Positions 1 through 9,498 of a stretch of DNA of 64,000 bases are shown one piece after another. The notes beneath the pieces were generated by a model. That model had not been told where the DNA came from, made no database searches, and was given only the letters and a program-made list of their open reading frames with translations. The position numbers were made by a program, and so were the translations under genes. Source of the stretch: Candidatus Latescibacterota bacterium (GTDB lineage Bacteria > Latescibacterota > UBA2968 > UBA8231). Numbering within the stretch: position 1 is the stretch's first letter; every line of letters starts with the position of its first letter. The stretch spans positions 832,001 through 896,000 of the forward strand of contig CBDAOB010000003.1 in the NCBI GenBank assembly GCA_965197905.1. The letters run 5' to 3'.

Positions 1-74
1 AGCCATGCGCCATGGCCACTCGAAGTCACCGTGACAGGAACCGCCGGCGTGCTGGACGCAGCTGTTACGAGCAT
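1..74 (-). CDS. Possible 5' end of a gene running off the left edge (MLVTAASSTPAVPVTVTSSGHGAW...)
   Basis: ATG at 74-72 on the minus strand, preceded by GAGGGA, open to the window edge and divergent from the next gene; too short to identify. Confidence 0.3.
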   Translation of the reverse strand, partial: MLVTAASSTPAVPVTVTSSGHGAW

Positions 75-167
75 GGCGATCCCTCATGGCAGCCCCAGGT
101 GCGCAAGCCCGCCCCTGCCGCCGTGGGCTTGGAGTGGTCTTCACTTCTGTCTTTATTGGTGAGCGAC

Positions 168-1568
168 ATGGGCATGAATCGCGAGCGCACCCTGGGAATC
201 ACCGTTCTGGCTGACTACATATGTAGCGAAGGGGTCGAGTCCGTACTGCGCAATGTCATCGAGCGCCTCGGCGCCAATGCGGTGGCGCTCAATCCCACCG
301 TCTCGGCGCCGGCCCCGGAGGCCACCGGCAGTTTTCAACCTCCCGCGGATGCCGGCACCAGCCCACGCGTGTTTGATCGACCTCTGTGGGGGAAAACCTC
401 GTTGTGGGTGCGGTCTGCCCCCAGCTTCGAACCGAATCGATCATTTTATGCGGATACACCCTACGAACCGCGCCAAGCCGACGAGCTGACCCGCCAGCAA
501 GGGGGGGTTATCGAGCAGTTCATCGACGAGGCCCTGCGACGCGGACTCGAGGTCTATCTCCAGATCAACGCTTCTACGCCCCCAAAACTGCGAGCCGATG
601 ATGTGCCGCAGCTTCCCAATGGAGACAGACCCAAACGGATGGCGGAGATTGGGAGTCTCGCCAGCCCTGCGATCCGCGCCTATACGCGGGCGTACTTGCG
701 CGATCTGCTGGAGCGCTACCCCCAGATCACCGGGTTTCGTCCGGACTGGCCCGAATATCCATGTTACATGCTGGAAGAGGCGTTTCAGGACTTCGGTCCA
801 CACGTCAGAGATTGGGCTGAGTCCCGTGGTTTCGACTTCGAGCGGATGCGCATCGAAGTGGGGACTCTTTTCGAATATCTGCACGGGGCGTTGACAACGA
901 AGGATCTTCAGCAATTGGCTGCTCCCGGCCTCGGCATGTCGCCGCGTGCAGAGTTGATGCAGCTTTCCCCCGCCGCCTTCGGGTGGCTCCAACTCAAACG
1001 GGCCCTCTCGCTGGATTTGCTGTGTCACTGGCGCGATTCCATTACCACCTACGGCGGAGCCGACAAGGAACTCTCTGCAAACGCGTTCATGCCGCCTCTT
1101 TCCCATCTGACCGGTTTTGATTTCTCCGGAGCGGTGGCGTACTGCAACGCCGTTTCGCCCAAACTCTACACTATGCACTGGAGTGCGATGGTCGACTTCT
1201 GGGGCACCGAACTGCTGGGTCAAAACCGTGATCTGGACGAACCGGTTCTGGTCGCGGCGCTTACCAATCTGTTCGACCTGGGCGCAGCGAACGCTGACGA
1301 GCGCATAGCCGATTATGGTTACCCGGAGCCTCACGAGGATCATCCCGTCGCGGATGAGTGCCAAGCTCGCAGAATCGCTCAGGTGCGGGCCGAGGTAAAC
1401 GGTGGCTGTCAGGTTACGCCCATTGTGCATGGCTACGGACCGTTCGAAGACTTCTGCCGGCGCTTTCGCGTCGCAGCCGCCAGCTCTCCCGATGGATTGT
1501 GGATCAACCGGTACGGATATCTAAGCGACCAAAAGCTCGATGCAGTGGGGGATCTTTGGGAAGCGTAA
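168..1568 (+). CDS. Hypothetical TIM-barrel protein, glycoside-hydrolase-like (GHL10/DUF187-like)
   Basis: Long ORF, probable start at ATG 168 or 174 rather than 12; pattern SLASPAIRAY...LLERYPQITGFRPDWPEY resembles the core of GHL10-like barrels; no signal peptide. Confidence 0.5.
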   Translation: MGMNRERTLGITVLADYICSEGVESVLRNVIERLGANAVALNPTVSAPAPEATGSFQPPADAGTSPRVFDRPLWGKTSLWVRSAPSFEPNRSFYADTPYEPRQADELTRQQGGVIEQFIDEALRRGLEVYLQINASTPPKLRADDVPQLPNGDRPKRMAEIGSLASPAIRAYTRAYLRDLLERYPQITGFRPDWPEYPCYMLEEAFQDFGPHVRDWAESRGFDFERMRIEVGTLFEYLHGALTTKDLQQLAAPGLGMSPRAELMQLSPAAFGWLQLKRALSLDLLCHWRDSITTYGGADKELSANAFMPPLSHLTGFDFSGAVAYCNAVSPKLYTMHWSAMVDFWGTELLGQNRDLDEPVLVAALTNLFDLGAANADERIADYGYPEPHEDHPVADECQARRIAQVRAEVNGGCQVTPIVHGYGPFEDFCRRFRVAAASSPDGLWINRYGYLSDQKLDAVGDLWEA

Positions 1569-1605
1569 CCTCCGTCGGTAGAAACTTGTCGAACCTATCC
1601 ACGTC

Positions 1606-4068
1606 GTGAACAGGATTCCTCCCGAAAACCTGGCCGCACCCAGGGATTCGCTGGCCGTCATTGTGGTCGGTGCAGCGAGTCTTCTGCTGCTTCAGTTTCG
1701 CACCCTTCCCAAGCTGAGCGCCCTCGCTGCCTCTTACTCAAGCTTCGCGTTGTTCAAGAACGACTTCGAGCTGGAGATCCAGACCAGTGGCGAGGATCTC
1801 GTATGGTTTGCGTGCCTCTTCATCTGCCTTGCTACGATGGTGTTGCTGGAATTGCGGCGGATGAGCCTAACGAAACTGCTCCGATGGATTTTCGCCAGCG
1901 AGCGCCGAACCTGGTCGGCGCTGATCATACTCTCGACCACCTGGATTCGGTTCTACTGGGCGCCCGGTGAAGGTCGATGGGTTGGTGACGCCACCGCGCA
2001 CCTCGCCTATTTGATACCGGCGGCGCACACCATCAAGTCGCTGGAGCTGCCGGTATGGTCGAACCTTATCGGCGTTGGAACGCCATACCTTCAATACTAC
2101 GGGTTCCTCTACTTCTACCTGGCCGGCGCCCTGGACTACTTCGTGCGGGATATCCACGTCACCACCAAGCTGTCGCTGTGGCTCGGACACCTCGCTTCAG
2201 CGGCGACCATGTACCTGTTTACAAGTAGGGTCTTGAATTCGCGCCCGGCTGCCTTCGTGGCGGCTCTGGCCTACGTAGCCAGCTTCTGGCACACCCAGCA
2301 GGTTCTGTTGATGGGCCGTTTTCCTCTTTCACTTTTCTACGCCCTGCTACCCCTTCCATTCTATCTGCTCGAACGCTCAGTGGGCGGAGACAAGCGGATA
2401 TGTATCATGGGTTTGGGTGGGATCAGCCTCGGCGTCCTGCCGATGGTACATCCGGGTTACGGTTTTTGGGCCACCATTTTCTTCCTGGTATATGCGGTTA
2501 TCCGCGTCTGGACCGGACCTACTAACCAGCGCGAGGCGATTCGGGCAGCGGTGTCGATGACCGCTGTCGCACTGGTCTTCGGAGCTTACATCACCTTGGG
2601 CATGTGGATGGAGCAGGAGGGAACCGGGATTGAAAAGGGGGTCGATCTGGCCGGCGTAGGGGATCCCTCCTGGAAAAGGGTGTTTCTCTGGTCCAACCTC
2701 TTCTTCCCGATCGTTCCACTAGAACCGGCGGAGGCGGAATGGTATGGCGGCTACCTAGGGGTCTCTCTTCTCGCCCTGGCTGCAGTAGGCGGTGTCTTGC
2801 GAACCCGATTCTCGAGGAATCATGCCGTAAACGGGTTGCCTGCCGCGGCCTGTCTGGCCTTAAGCTTTCTACTGGTCTTTGGCTACCGTTTGAGCGTGCT
2901 GCAAGCCATCCCGGTCGTCACCGCTCTCAATGCCGGACGATATCTCCTTTTTACCGTCTTTTTTCTGTCGCTTGCGGCAGGGTTCGGCTGCAGAGCGCTG
3001 GCAGATCTGAACTTGCTCCGGCGCGAGCGGTGGTCGATGGCGACTATTCCCATTCTAGCGATCCTCGCCGATCTGGGCCCGACCACCTTCCAGCAACCCT
3101 ACACCTTGAAGGTGGGCATCCTGATAAAGGGATCGGAATCGTTCGTGGACAACCTGACCAAAGCGAAATTCAACGACGGCTTGTCCGCGGGAGAGCTGCC
3201 GCCTTACCGTGTGTTCATGAACCTCGACACCTTCCACCCCTTTCTGGCGTCGACCTGGCTGCTGGAACGCACGGGCTGGCCCTCGCCATTGGCCGAGCAC
3301 CGGCGAATCCTTCCGTCCATGATGATCTTCGTGAGTCCGTTCGAGCGTTATCTCAATCGCGTTCTGCGACGGCTCGACGACCCCGAGGCGGCAGGTTCGT
3401 TTTCGAAGTCGAGTACCGTGATCGGTGGTCTTCACATGCTGAATGTGCACAGTCTCCTGGCGGTTCAAGAAGGCAACAGCGGTTCGCGCATCGTGGAATG
3501 GCGGCGCGCATCACCCATACTGGTTTCGCCCCAGCTTGCACCTCGAGTAAGTCTCACGGAAGCCTGGCCGTCGGAACAGGTCGTGGACTGGGCGCTGGCT
3601 CGCTTTTCCGACAGAGATCCGATGCAGACCTTGCAAGAGCTCTACCCCGTGGCGCAGCTCATCGCCGACACCGAGGTGGATGCAGGACGCAATGCTTGTT
3701 CTCGCATATTCGTTGCGGACCTGCAGACGCCGGTTGACCTGGGCACCGAACCCGACGTGGTCGTTCACTCGCACCGTGTCTGGGATCAACGAGTTGAGAT
3801 CGAAGCGACCGTCAGTGAGCGCTGTTTCGCTCGTCTGGCGTATGCCTATTTTCCCAGTCTCAGCGTCCGCGTGAACGGGCAGGTGGTTGATGCGATGAAG
3901 TCGAGCGGAGGTTTCCTGGTCGTCCCCCTCGAGTCCGGAGAAAACCGAATCGAGATTGTTGCCAACCTCTCTCATCTCCGGCGAGCGTTGCTCGGACTTG
4001 ATTTCCTGATCGCACTGGCTACGGTTTGGTTCTGGAAACGAGAGCGGCGATCAATCGGGAACCTATAG
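1606..4068 (+). CDS. Polytopic membrane protein, GT-C-like glycosyltransferase (PTPS-related/YfhO-like)
   Basis: Many TM segments; GDATAHL and WSNLIGVGTPYLQYYG motifs; C-terminal AYAYFPSLSVRVNG...GFLVVPLESGENRIEI plus a final TM helix is typical of YfhO-like proteins. Confidence 0.7.
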   Translation: MNRIPPENLAAPRDSLAVIVVGAASLLLLQFRTLPKLSALAASYSSFALFKNDFELEIQTSGEDLVWFACLFICLATMVLLELRRMSLTKLLRWIFASERRTWSALIILSTTWIRFYWAPGEGRWVGDATAHLAYLIPAAHTIKSLELPVWSNLIGVGTPYLQYYGFLYFYLAGALDYFVRDIHVTTKLSLWLGHLASAATMYLFTSRVLNSRPAAFVAALAYVASFWHTQQVLLMGRFPLSLFYALLPLPFYLLERSVGGDKRICIMGLGGISLGVLPMVHPGYGFWATIFFLVYAVIRVWTGPTNQREAIRAAVSMTAVALVFGAYITLGMWMEQEGTGIEKGVDLAGVGDPSWKRVFLWSNLFFPIVPLEPAEAEWYGGYLGVSLLALAAVGGVLRTRFSRNHAVNGLPAAACLALSFLLVFGYRLSVLQAIPVVTALNAGRYLLFTVFFLSLAAGFGCRALADLNLLRRERWSMATIPILAILADLGPTTFQQPYTLKVGILIKGSESFVDNLTKAKFNDGLSAGELPPYRVFMNLDTFHPFLASTWLLERTGWPSPLAEHRRILPSMMIFVSPFERYLNRVLRRLDDPEAAGSFSKSSTVIGGLHMLNVHSLLAVQEGNSGSRIVEWRRASPILVSPQLAPRVSLTEAWPSEQVVDWALARFSDRDPMQTLQELYPVAQLIADTEVDAGRNACSRIFVADLQTPVDLGTEPDVVVHSHRVWDQRVEIEATVSERCFARLAYAYFPSLSVRVNGQVVDAMKSSGGFLVVPLESGENRIEIVANLSHLRRALLGLDFLIALATVWFWKRERRSIGNL

Positions 4069-4080
4069 AGGAGCAGCTTT

Positions 4081-5142
4081 ATGGATAAGGCGCGGCGAGG
4101 TCGGACCGGAGGCAGCAAGACCAAACCTGCAGCGGAAATCGACATTCGCTACGGGGCCGGACTGCTCCGCCAGGACAGCGCCGCGTGGCCGGCCTACGCG
4201 TTGGTCGCTACCCCTACGGCTTTGGAGACCGCTCAGCCCCATCTGGCAAAACCACCAACGAGCGTTGTTCATGCCAAATGGCTCGACTCGGGACACCAAC
4301 GTGAGCTGGCAAGCTTGACCTCTGACGACGTGGAGCTCGTTGTCGGACTCGGAGGAGGACGGGCTCTGGACGCTTCGAAGTTCGTGGCGTTGGAAAAGGA
4401 CGTGCCCCTCATCATGGTGCCTACGATCGTTTCCAGCGGCGCCATCATTCATGGTCACGTGGCTACCTGGCGCGGGCGCCGGCTCCACGGCGGCGTCAAC
4501 GACTGGCCCTGGGTTGACTGCGAATACGTTCTCGTGGACTACGGAGTCGCGCTCGCGGCAGCGCCAAATCTTCACACGGCCGGGCTCGGAGACATACTCT
4601 GCGGATATGCCGGTCCCGTCGAATCGCAATGGCGCGCGGACAACGGATATGGACAGCCTCTGGACGCCGGTGTGGTCGAAGAGTTCGAACGTTATCATCA
4701 AGGGTTGGTGGATGGTTTTCGCCAAACCCTGGACCAACAAGGCCACCTGACTGCCGGCAGCGTGCGGCAAATCATGACGGCGCTGCAGATGCGAGATTCG
4801 GCGCGACCGAAAAACGCGGGAGGCAAGAGCGGCGACCATCCGTTCTGGATTGCCCTGGAGGCAATCAATGACCGCACCTGGATTCACGGAGAGCTGGTAG
4901 CTTTGGGCGGCGTAATCATCGCCTGGCAAGCGGGGGACCCGTGGAAATTGATCGGCATGCTGGAGGATTGCCAGGTGCGTTTTAGGCCCCAGGAGATGGG
5001 ACTGTCCTACTCCGAGTTACGCCGCGGGTTGGAATTTGTTCCGACCTATATGGCCGAAGAAAGAATCCACTCGATCTTGCGGCACGAGCCGGTCACCGAG
5101 AAGCGATTCGACGAATTATGGTCCTTTCTGCACGACAGTTAG
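4081..5142 (+). CDS. Glycerol-1-phosphate dehydrogenase-like (AraM/EgsA; iron-containing ADH/DHQ synthase fold) oxidoreductase
   Basis: GLGGGRALDASK nucleotide-binding motif, VPT, and putative metal ligands in AGLGD, SGDH and IHGELV. Confidence 0.7.
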   Translation: MDKARRGRTGGSKTKPAAEIDIRYGAGLLRQDSAAWPAYALVATPTALETAQPHLAKPPTSVVHAKWLDSGHQRELASLTSDDVELVVGLGGGRALDASKFVALEKDVPLIMVPTIVSSGAIIHGHVATWRGRRLHGGVNDWPWVDCEYVLVDYGVALAAAPNLHTAGLGDILCGYAGPVESQWRADNGYGQPLDAGVVEEFERYHQGLVDGFRQTLDQQGHLTAGSVRQIMTALQMRDSARPKNAGGKSGDHPFWIALEAINDRTWIHGELVALGGVIIAWQAGDPWKLIGMLEDCQVRFRPQEMGLSYSELRRGLEFVPTYMAEERIHSILRHEPVTEKRFDELWSFLHDS

Positions 5143-5291
5143 TGTGGTCTGGCAATAAATGATTGCGGGAACGCTAGTGCCATGAAAGTGAAGAGAGTCG
5201 GTTCCACGGCAGTGCCCGGAAGGACCTGCCGTACACTGGTGCGGTACCACGAAGTGATACTTGTAGAGTCGCAACCTCTAGGAAGGTCACA

Positions 5292-6782
5292 ATGAATCAG
5301 CCAACGACGGGTAGACCCTTTGTCGACTGGTACGGAATATTTGCAGGGCACGGAGGCGTAGGCAAAGATGGTCTGAGCTGGATCCAGGACCCCCCGTTGG
5401 GCGATCTGCGCCTCGCGGTACAACCCGGCACATGGTCCGACCGCATGTTCGCCACCGTCGAGAATCCCTGGGAGGCGGGCGGCATCATTCCGAACCAGAT
5501 CATCCATCAGGATGATGTCATCAAGATGTGGTACCGGTCGGTCGGTGAAAACGGTGTGACCTACGTCGCCTACGCCGAAAGCGAAGACGGTTTCTTCTGG
5601 CGGCGGCCGGAGCTGGGCCTGGTGGAGTACAACGGCTCGACAGCGAACAACCTGCTGCACAACGCCGAGTACTTCGGTCTATACAGCGTGTTCAGAGATC
5701 CATCGGCGCCGCCGGAGGAACGCTACAAGTCGACCATCCCTCGAGGTCGATATTACGTGGATGGCGTGCCCGATCCGGCGATAAGTAAGGAGCAGTTCAA
5801 AGAGATGCGCCACGCCATGCAACACGAGGGGTTCAGTCCGGATGAGATCAGACAGAAGCTGGAGATCCACCAAACTATCATCGGCGCCGTATCTCCGGAC
5901 GGATTTCGCTGGACCGTCTTGGACGAACCCCTCCGTGATCTCGGTTCGCGCACGTTGGATGGAGAGTATTCGGTTCACTACGATGATGAGCGGGCTGAAT
6001 ATGTTGCTTACCACCGCGGCCACTGGGAGCGCCGTCGCTCCATCCGTCGCAGCACCGCGAAACGGTTCGATGAATGGAACGAACCCCAGTTCGTGTTCAT
6101 GCCCGATCCCCAGGACCCGATCGACGCCGATGTGTATGGTGCCGGCTACTGCCGCTATCCCGGGTTCGATCTGCACCTGATGTTCTTGCCCTTCTATCAT
6201 CGCAACACATCCACGGTCGATATCCAACTCGCAACCAGCCGCGACGGTCTGTTGTGGAGCCGGCCGCAGCGAGCGCCCATTGTACAACGTCGAGAGTACG
6301 GATGCATCTATGCGATGCCTGACCTCGTACCTCTCAACGACGAGGAGTGGGGGATCATGTTTATGGGAAACCCCGGCCGTCATGACTTCAGGACCGACCC
6401 GACGGATGATTCGCCACGGGAAACGGCCGAGTGGCGCTGGGCCACCTGGAAGCGCGAGCGGCTGGTGGCGCTTGAAGCGCAAGGCGAGGCGCGGTTCACC
6501 ACAGTGCAGCGGGAGTGCAGTGGAACCGAGATGCGTCTCAACTATGAGACTGAAACCGGAGGATGGGTACGGGTCGAGTTGGTGAATCCGCCGGTGACAC
6601 CGCCGCAGCCAGTGGAAGCTTTTCCGGGTTTCGGCACCGGAGAGGCGGATGTACTGGTGGGGGGCGAGCTATCTCGTGCTGTGAGCTGGAAGGGGCAGAC
6701 GGATCTATCGTCGTTGAAGGGCCGGCAGGTCTCCATCCGCGTCCACATGGCGAGAGCGAAGCTCTACTCGATCTCGATTTGA
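5292..6782 (+). CDS. Five-bladed beta-propeller glycoside-hydrolase-like protein (subfamily A)
   Basis: Asp-box-like repeats YAESEDGFFW, SPDGFRW and TSRDGLLW; C-terminal beta-sandwich ending DLSSLKGRQVSIRVHMARAKLYSI; RBS GGAAGG; no signal peptide. Confidence 0.7.
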   Translation: MNQPTTGRPFVDWYGIFAGHGGVGKDGLSWIQDPPLGDLRLAVQPGTWSDRMFATVENPWEAGGIIPNQIIHQDDVIKMWYRSVGENGVTYVAYAESEDGFFWRRPELGLVEYNGSTANNLLHNAEYFGLYSVFRDPSAPPEERYKSTIPRGRYYVDGVPDPAISKEQFKEMRHAMQHEGFSPDEIRQKLEIHQTIIGAVSPDGFRWTVLDEPLRDLGSRTLDGEYSVHYDDERAEYVAYHRGHWERRRSIRRSTAKRFDEWNEPQFVFMPDPQDPIDADVYGAGYCRYPGFDLHLMFLPFYHRNTSTVDIQLATSRDGLLWSRPQRAPIVQRREYGCIYAMPDLVPLNDEEWGIMFMGNPGRHDFRTDPTDDSPRETAEWRWATWKRERLVALEAQGEARFTTVQRECSGTEMRLNYETETGGWVRVELVNPPVTPPQPVEAFPGFGTGEADVLVGGELSRAVSWKGQTDLSSLKGRQVSIRVHMARAKLYSISI

Positions 6783-6812
6783 TGCAAAGGCGCGTGCAGG
6801 TAAGGCCGACGG

Positions 6813-8528
6813 CTAGCTGGAGATTACGGGCAGCAACAGGTGAGAGAGCCACTCTCCGCTGTGGTAGATGGTCTGTCCCGCGACCACCATTTCGGCGTCG
6901 CTCGTGATCGATCTTCCGGTGTTGAGATTGCGGTCGTAGCGCGGAAAGTTGCTGGAGGACACCTCCAGCCGGATGGTGTGCCCCGACTTGAACAGATTGC
7001 TGGTGTCCCACATGTCGATATGTAATTCGTAGATCTCGCCAGGCTCCATCAGCTTCGGTTGATCGGTGCCGTCGCGATACCGCCCGCGGCAGATCCCTTC
7101 ACACAGAATGATCGCTTTGCCATCCGGCTCCACATCGACCAGGGCGGCGGTCAGATCAGTATCCGCTCCAGTGGTGGCCAGGTAGATCACCGCAGAGACC
7201 GGACCCGTGATCTCCAGGTCTTCCCGCAACGGCTCGGAGTCGTAGACCAGCACGTCTGGCCGCTTTTCGATCGCGCGACGATCTCGCGGACCGCACAGAT
7301 CGAAGCTCTGGTACTGCGCTCCCCACGACGGCACCGGATCAGCGGGATCGTAGGTGAAGCTGTCGGTATCCGACTTGCCGGAACCACCTATGCCCTCCAC
7401 ATTCAATCGGCCGCCTTCGGCGGCTGCCTCGCCATCCGAAGCCAGGAAATATTTCGTCCACTTCGTCCGCGCCAGCGGCCATTCACTCTCGAAGCGCCAC
7501 GTGTTCGCACCCATGACGAACAGATTGATCGGTGGTTCGTCATCGATGCCGGTATCGATGCCTTTCAAACGCCGATCGTACCAGCGGGTGTGCATCTCGA
7601 CGATATCCCACAGGGCGTCGTCGCCGAACTCTCGATCCTGATACGCTCCGTTCTGTCCCATCGGTACCCGGCCCCAGGGGGAAACCTGATGACTCCAGGG
7701 ACCGACGATGAGCTTGGTGTGTTCACGTGCTTCCACGGTTTGCGCGTTGCGGGTCCAACCGTTGAACAGCTTGAAGTTTTCGTGTGATAGAGAGTCGTAC
7801 CAGCCGGTGACAAACATGGAAGGCACCGCTACCTCCTGGTAACGGCTACGCAGGCTGTAGCGGCTCCACCATTCATCGTAGGCTTCGTGTTCCAGTACAC
7901 CCCGATAGTATGGATGGGTATCGGTTACCGGTTCCATCGCTTCGTCCAGCGGCAGGTGACGGAAGAGGGTCTGCTGGTCCAGGTGTTTCAAGGATTCGCT
8001 CTGCATAGATCTCCCCAGCATGTTGAGAAAGGTCAGCGCCACGGCTAGGTGAATGACACCGTCGATGCGGTGGTGACCGTAGTTGTCCTGCTGCGAGGCG
8101 ATCGGGGCGATCGCCTTCAGATGCTCAGAGCGCAATGTTGCGGGCAGCGATTGGGTGAAACCTGGATAAGACAGTCCGAAGGTGCCCACCAGCCCATCGC
8201 ACCACGACTGATCGCCGACCCATTCGTGGGTGTCGAAGCCGTCGTTGAGCTCGCACATGTACGGGTCCCATCGGCCGTCCGAGTCGCCGCGGCCGCGGCA
8301 ATCCTGCATCACCACAGCGTAACCTGCAGCCCTGAAACCACGAGCCCAGCGTATGTAGCGCGCTTCCTGATTGTCGTAGATGGTGCGCAGCAGGAGTGCC
8401 GGCCACGGGCCATCGCCCGTGTGAGGAAGCCAGACATCGGCGGAGAGGTTCACCCCGTCCCGCATGGGAACCTTCACATCGAGCCGCAGCCGGCCGGGTG
8501 GTACCAGCGGCAATGTGTCTTCTGTCAT
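6813..8528 (-). CDS. CocE/NonD family alpha/beta hydrolase
   Basis: VPMRDGVNLSAD, QDCRGRGDSDG, nucleophile motif GLSYPG, GWYD, GPWSH and C-terminal SSSNFPRYDRNLNTG. Confidence 0.92.
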   Translation of the reverse strand: MTEDTLPLVPPGRLRLDVKVPMRDGVNLSADVWLPHTGDGPWPALLLRTIYDNQEARYIRWARGFRAAGYAVVMQDCRGRGDSDGRWDPYMCELNDGFDTHEWVGDQSWCDGLVGTFGLSYPGFTQSLPATLRSEHLKAIAPIASQQDNYGHHRIDGVIHLAVALTFLNMLGRSMQSESLKHLDQQTLFRHLPLDEAMEPVTDTHPYYRGVLEHEAYDEWWSRYSLRSRYQEVAVPSMFVTGWYDSLSHENFKLFNGWTRNAQTVEAREHTKLIVGPWSHQVSPWGRVPMGQNGAYQDREFGDDALWDIVEMHTRWYDRRLKGIDTGIDDEPPINLFVMGANTWRFESEWPLARTKWTKYFLASDGEAAAEGGRLNVEGIGGSGKSDTDSFTYDPADPVPSWGAQYQSFDLCGPRDRRAIEKRPDVLVYDSEPLREDLEITGPVSAVIYLATTGADTDLTAALVDVEPDGKAIILCEGICRGRYRDGTDQPKLMEPGEIYELHIDMWDTSNLFKSGHTIRLEVSSSNFPRYDRNLNTGRSITSDAEMVVAGQTIYHSGEWLSHLLLPVISS

Positions 8529-8602
8529 ATTGCTTGCTACTGGAGATTGTCGCCTTGTCTGACGGCGCCCGGTTCACGTGGCGGGTGTCCGGGCAGCTCC
8601 GC

Positions 8603-9433
8603 TCACCCTTCCTTTTTCGGGACCCAGGCGCGGAAGAGATCGCGTTGAGCCGGGGTCCAGCGATCCAGGGTGGACTCCAGAACATGCTGGGGTTCGTCCA
8701 TGGTTGCGACGTTCTGGGACATCATCCAATACGGACCGTAACCCACATGTATCGTCTTGCGCACCTGATCCGATCGGTTGGTGCGACCGCCGTGGCGGAG
8801 CGCCTCGGTGAAGAAAATCGCGTCACCCGCTTTCACCTCCAGCGAAACCGTTCCCGGTTCGGAATCGGGATCGGTCCCATATGGGCAGGGCAACTCGCTC
8901 TTGTGAGTTCCGGGAACAACGGTGAACGCGCCCTGGTCGGCCGTCACATCGTGTACGAAGTAGACCATGCGCACCATCATGCAGTCAATGCGTCCATCGG
9001 TGAAGCCGTAGCGGTATTTGTGGGTCTCCGGACGCCGTCCGCCGTGGTGCCGGCTGGCGTTGCCGCGATATCTGACGCGGATCTCAGAGTTATTTATGGT
9101 GGGACGCGGCACGACGATTCCCCGGACATATTCCATGGTGGGTCCATGGTCCACCAGCATGTCGAAGGAGGGATCGGCGTTCCAGAAATCCTCGATGATG
9201 ATGGTCTTGTCTTCAGCCATTTCTCCGTGGACATGGTAGCCGAGCTCAGCGTTGGCATGGTGCTCCGAGCCCCACGCCGAACGTTTGCGTGGCGGCAGCG
9301 TCACGTGGCTCACGGCATGCTCAAGCAGCCTCTCCACCGCGTCCGCAAGCCGAGCTGTCTCGGAAGCGCTCAGAAATTCGGGGATCACGATGTAACCCTG
9401 ACGATCAAACTCGTACTGTTCGATTTCAGTCAT
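8603..9433 (-). CDS. Phytanoyl-CoA dioxygenase (PhyH) family Fe/2OG enzyme with an atypical HxG motif
   Basis: FDRQGYIVIPEFLS, GAFTVVPGTHK and AGDAIFFTEALRHGG...R; HHGG sits at the usual HxD position. Confidence 0.85.
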   Translation of the reverse strand: MTEIEQYEFDRQGYIVIPEFLSASETARLADAVERLLEHAVSHVTLPPRKRSAWGSEHHANAELGYHVHGEMAEDKTIIIEDFWNADPSFDMLVDHGPTMEYVRGIVVPRPTINNSEIRVRYRGNASRHHGGRRPETHKYRYGFTDGRIDCMMVRMVYFVHDVTADQGAFTVVPGTHKSELPCPYGTDPDSEPGTVSLEVKAGDAIFFTEALRHGGRTNRSDQVRKTIHVGYGPYWMMSQNVATMDEPQHVLESTLDRWTPAQRDLFRAWVPKKEG

Positions 9434-9498
9434 GGTTGAACCCTGTCGGTCTTACCGTCGCCCCAAGCGGCAGCTAAAGTTGGGCCGCTAGCGCAATT

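Noticed and set aside
5205..5230. CCGGAAGG resembling the SRP RNA domain IV loop
   Set aside because: The flanking conserved CAGG and AGCAG internal-loop bases are absent.
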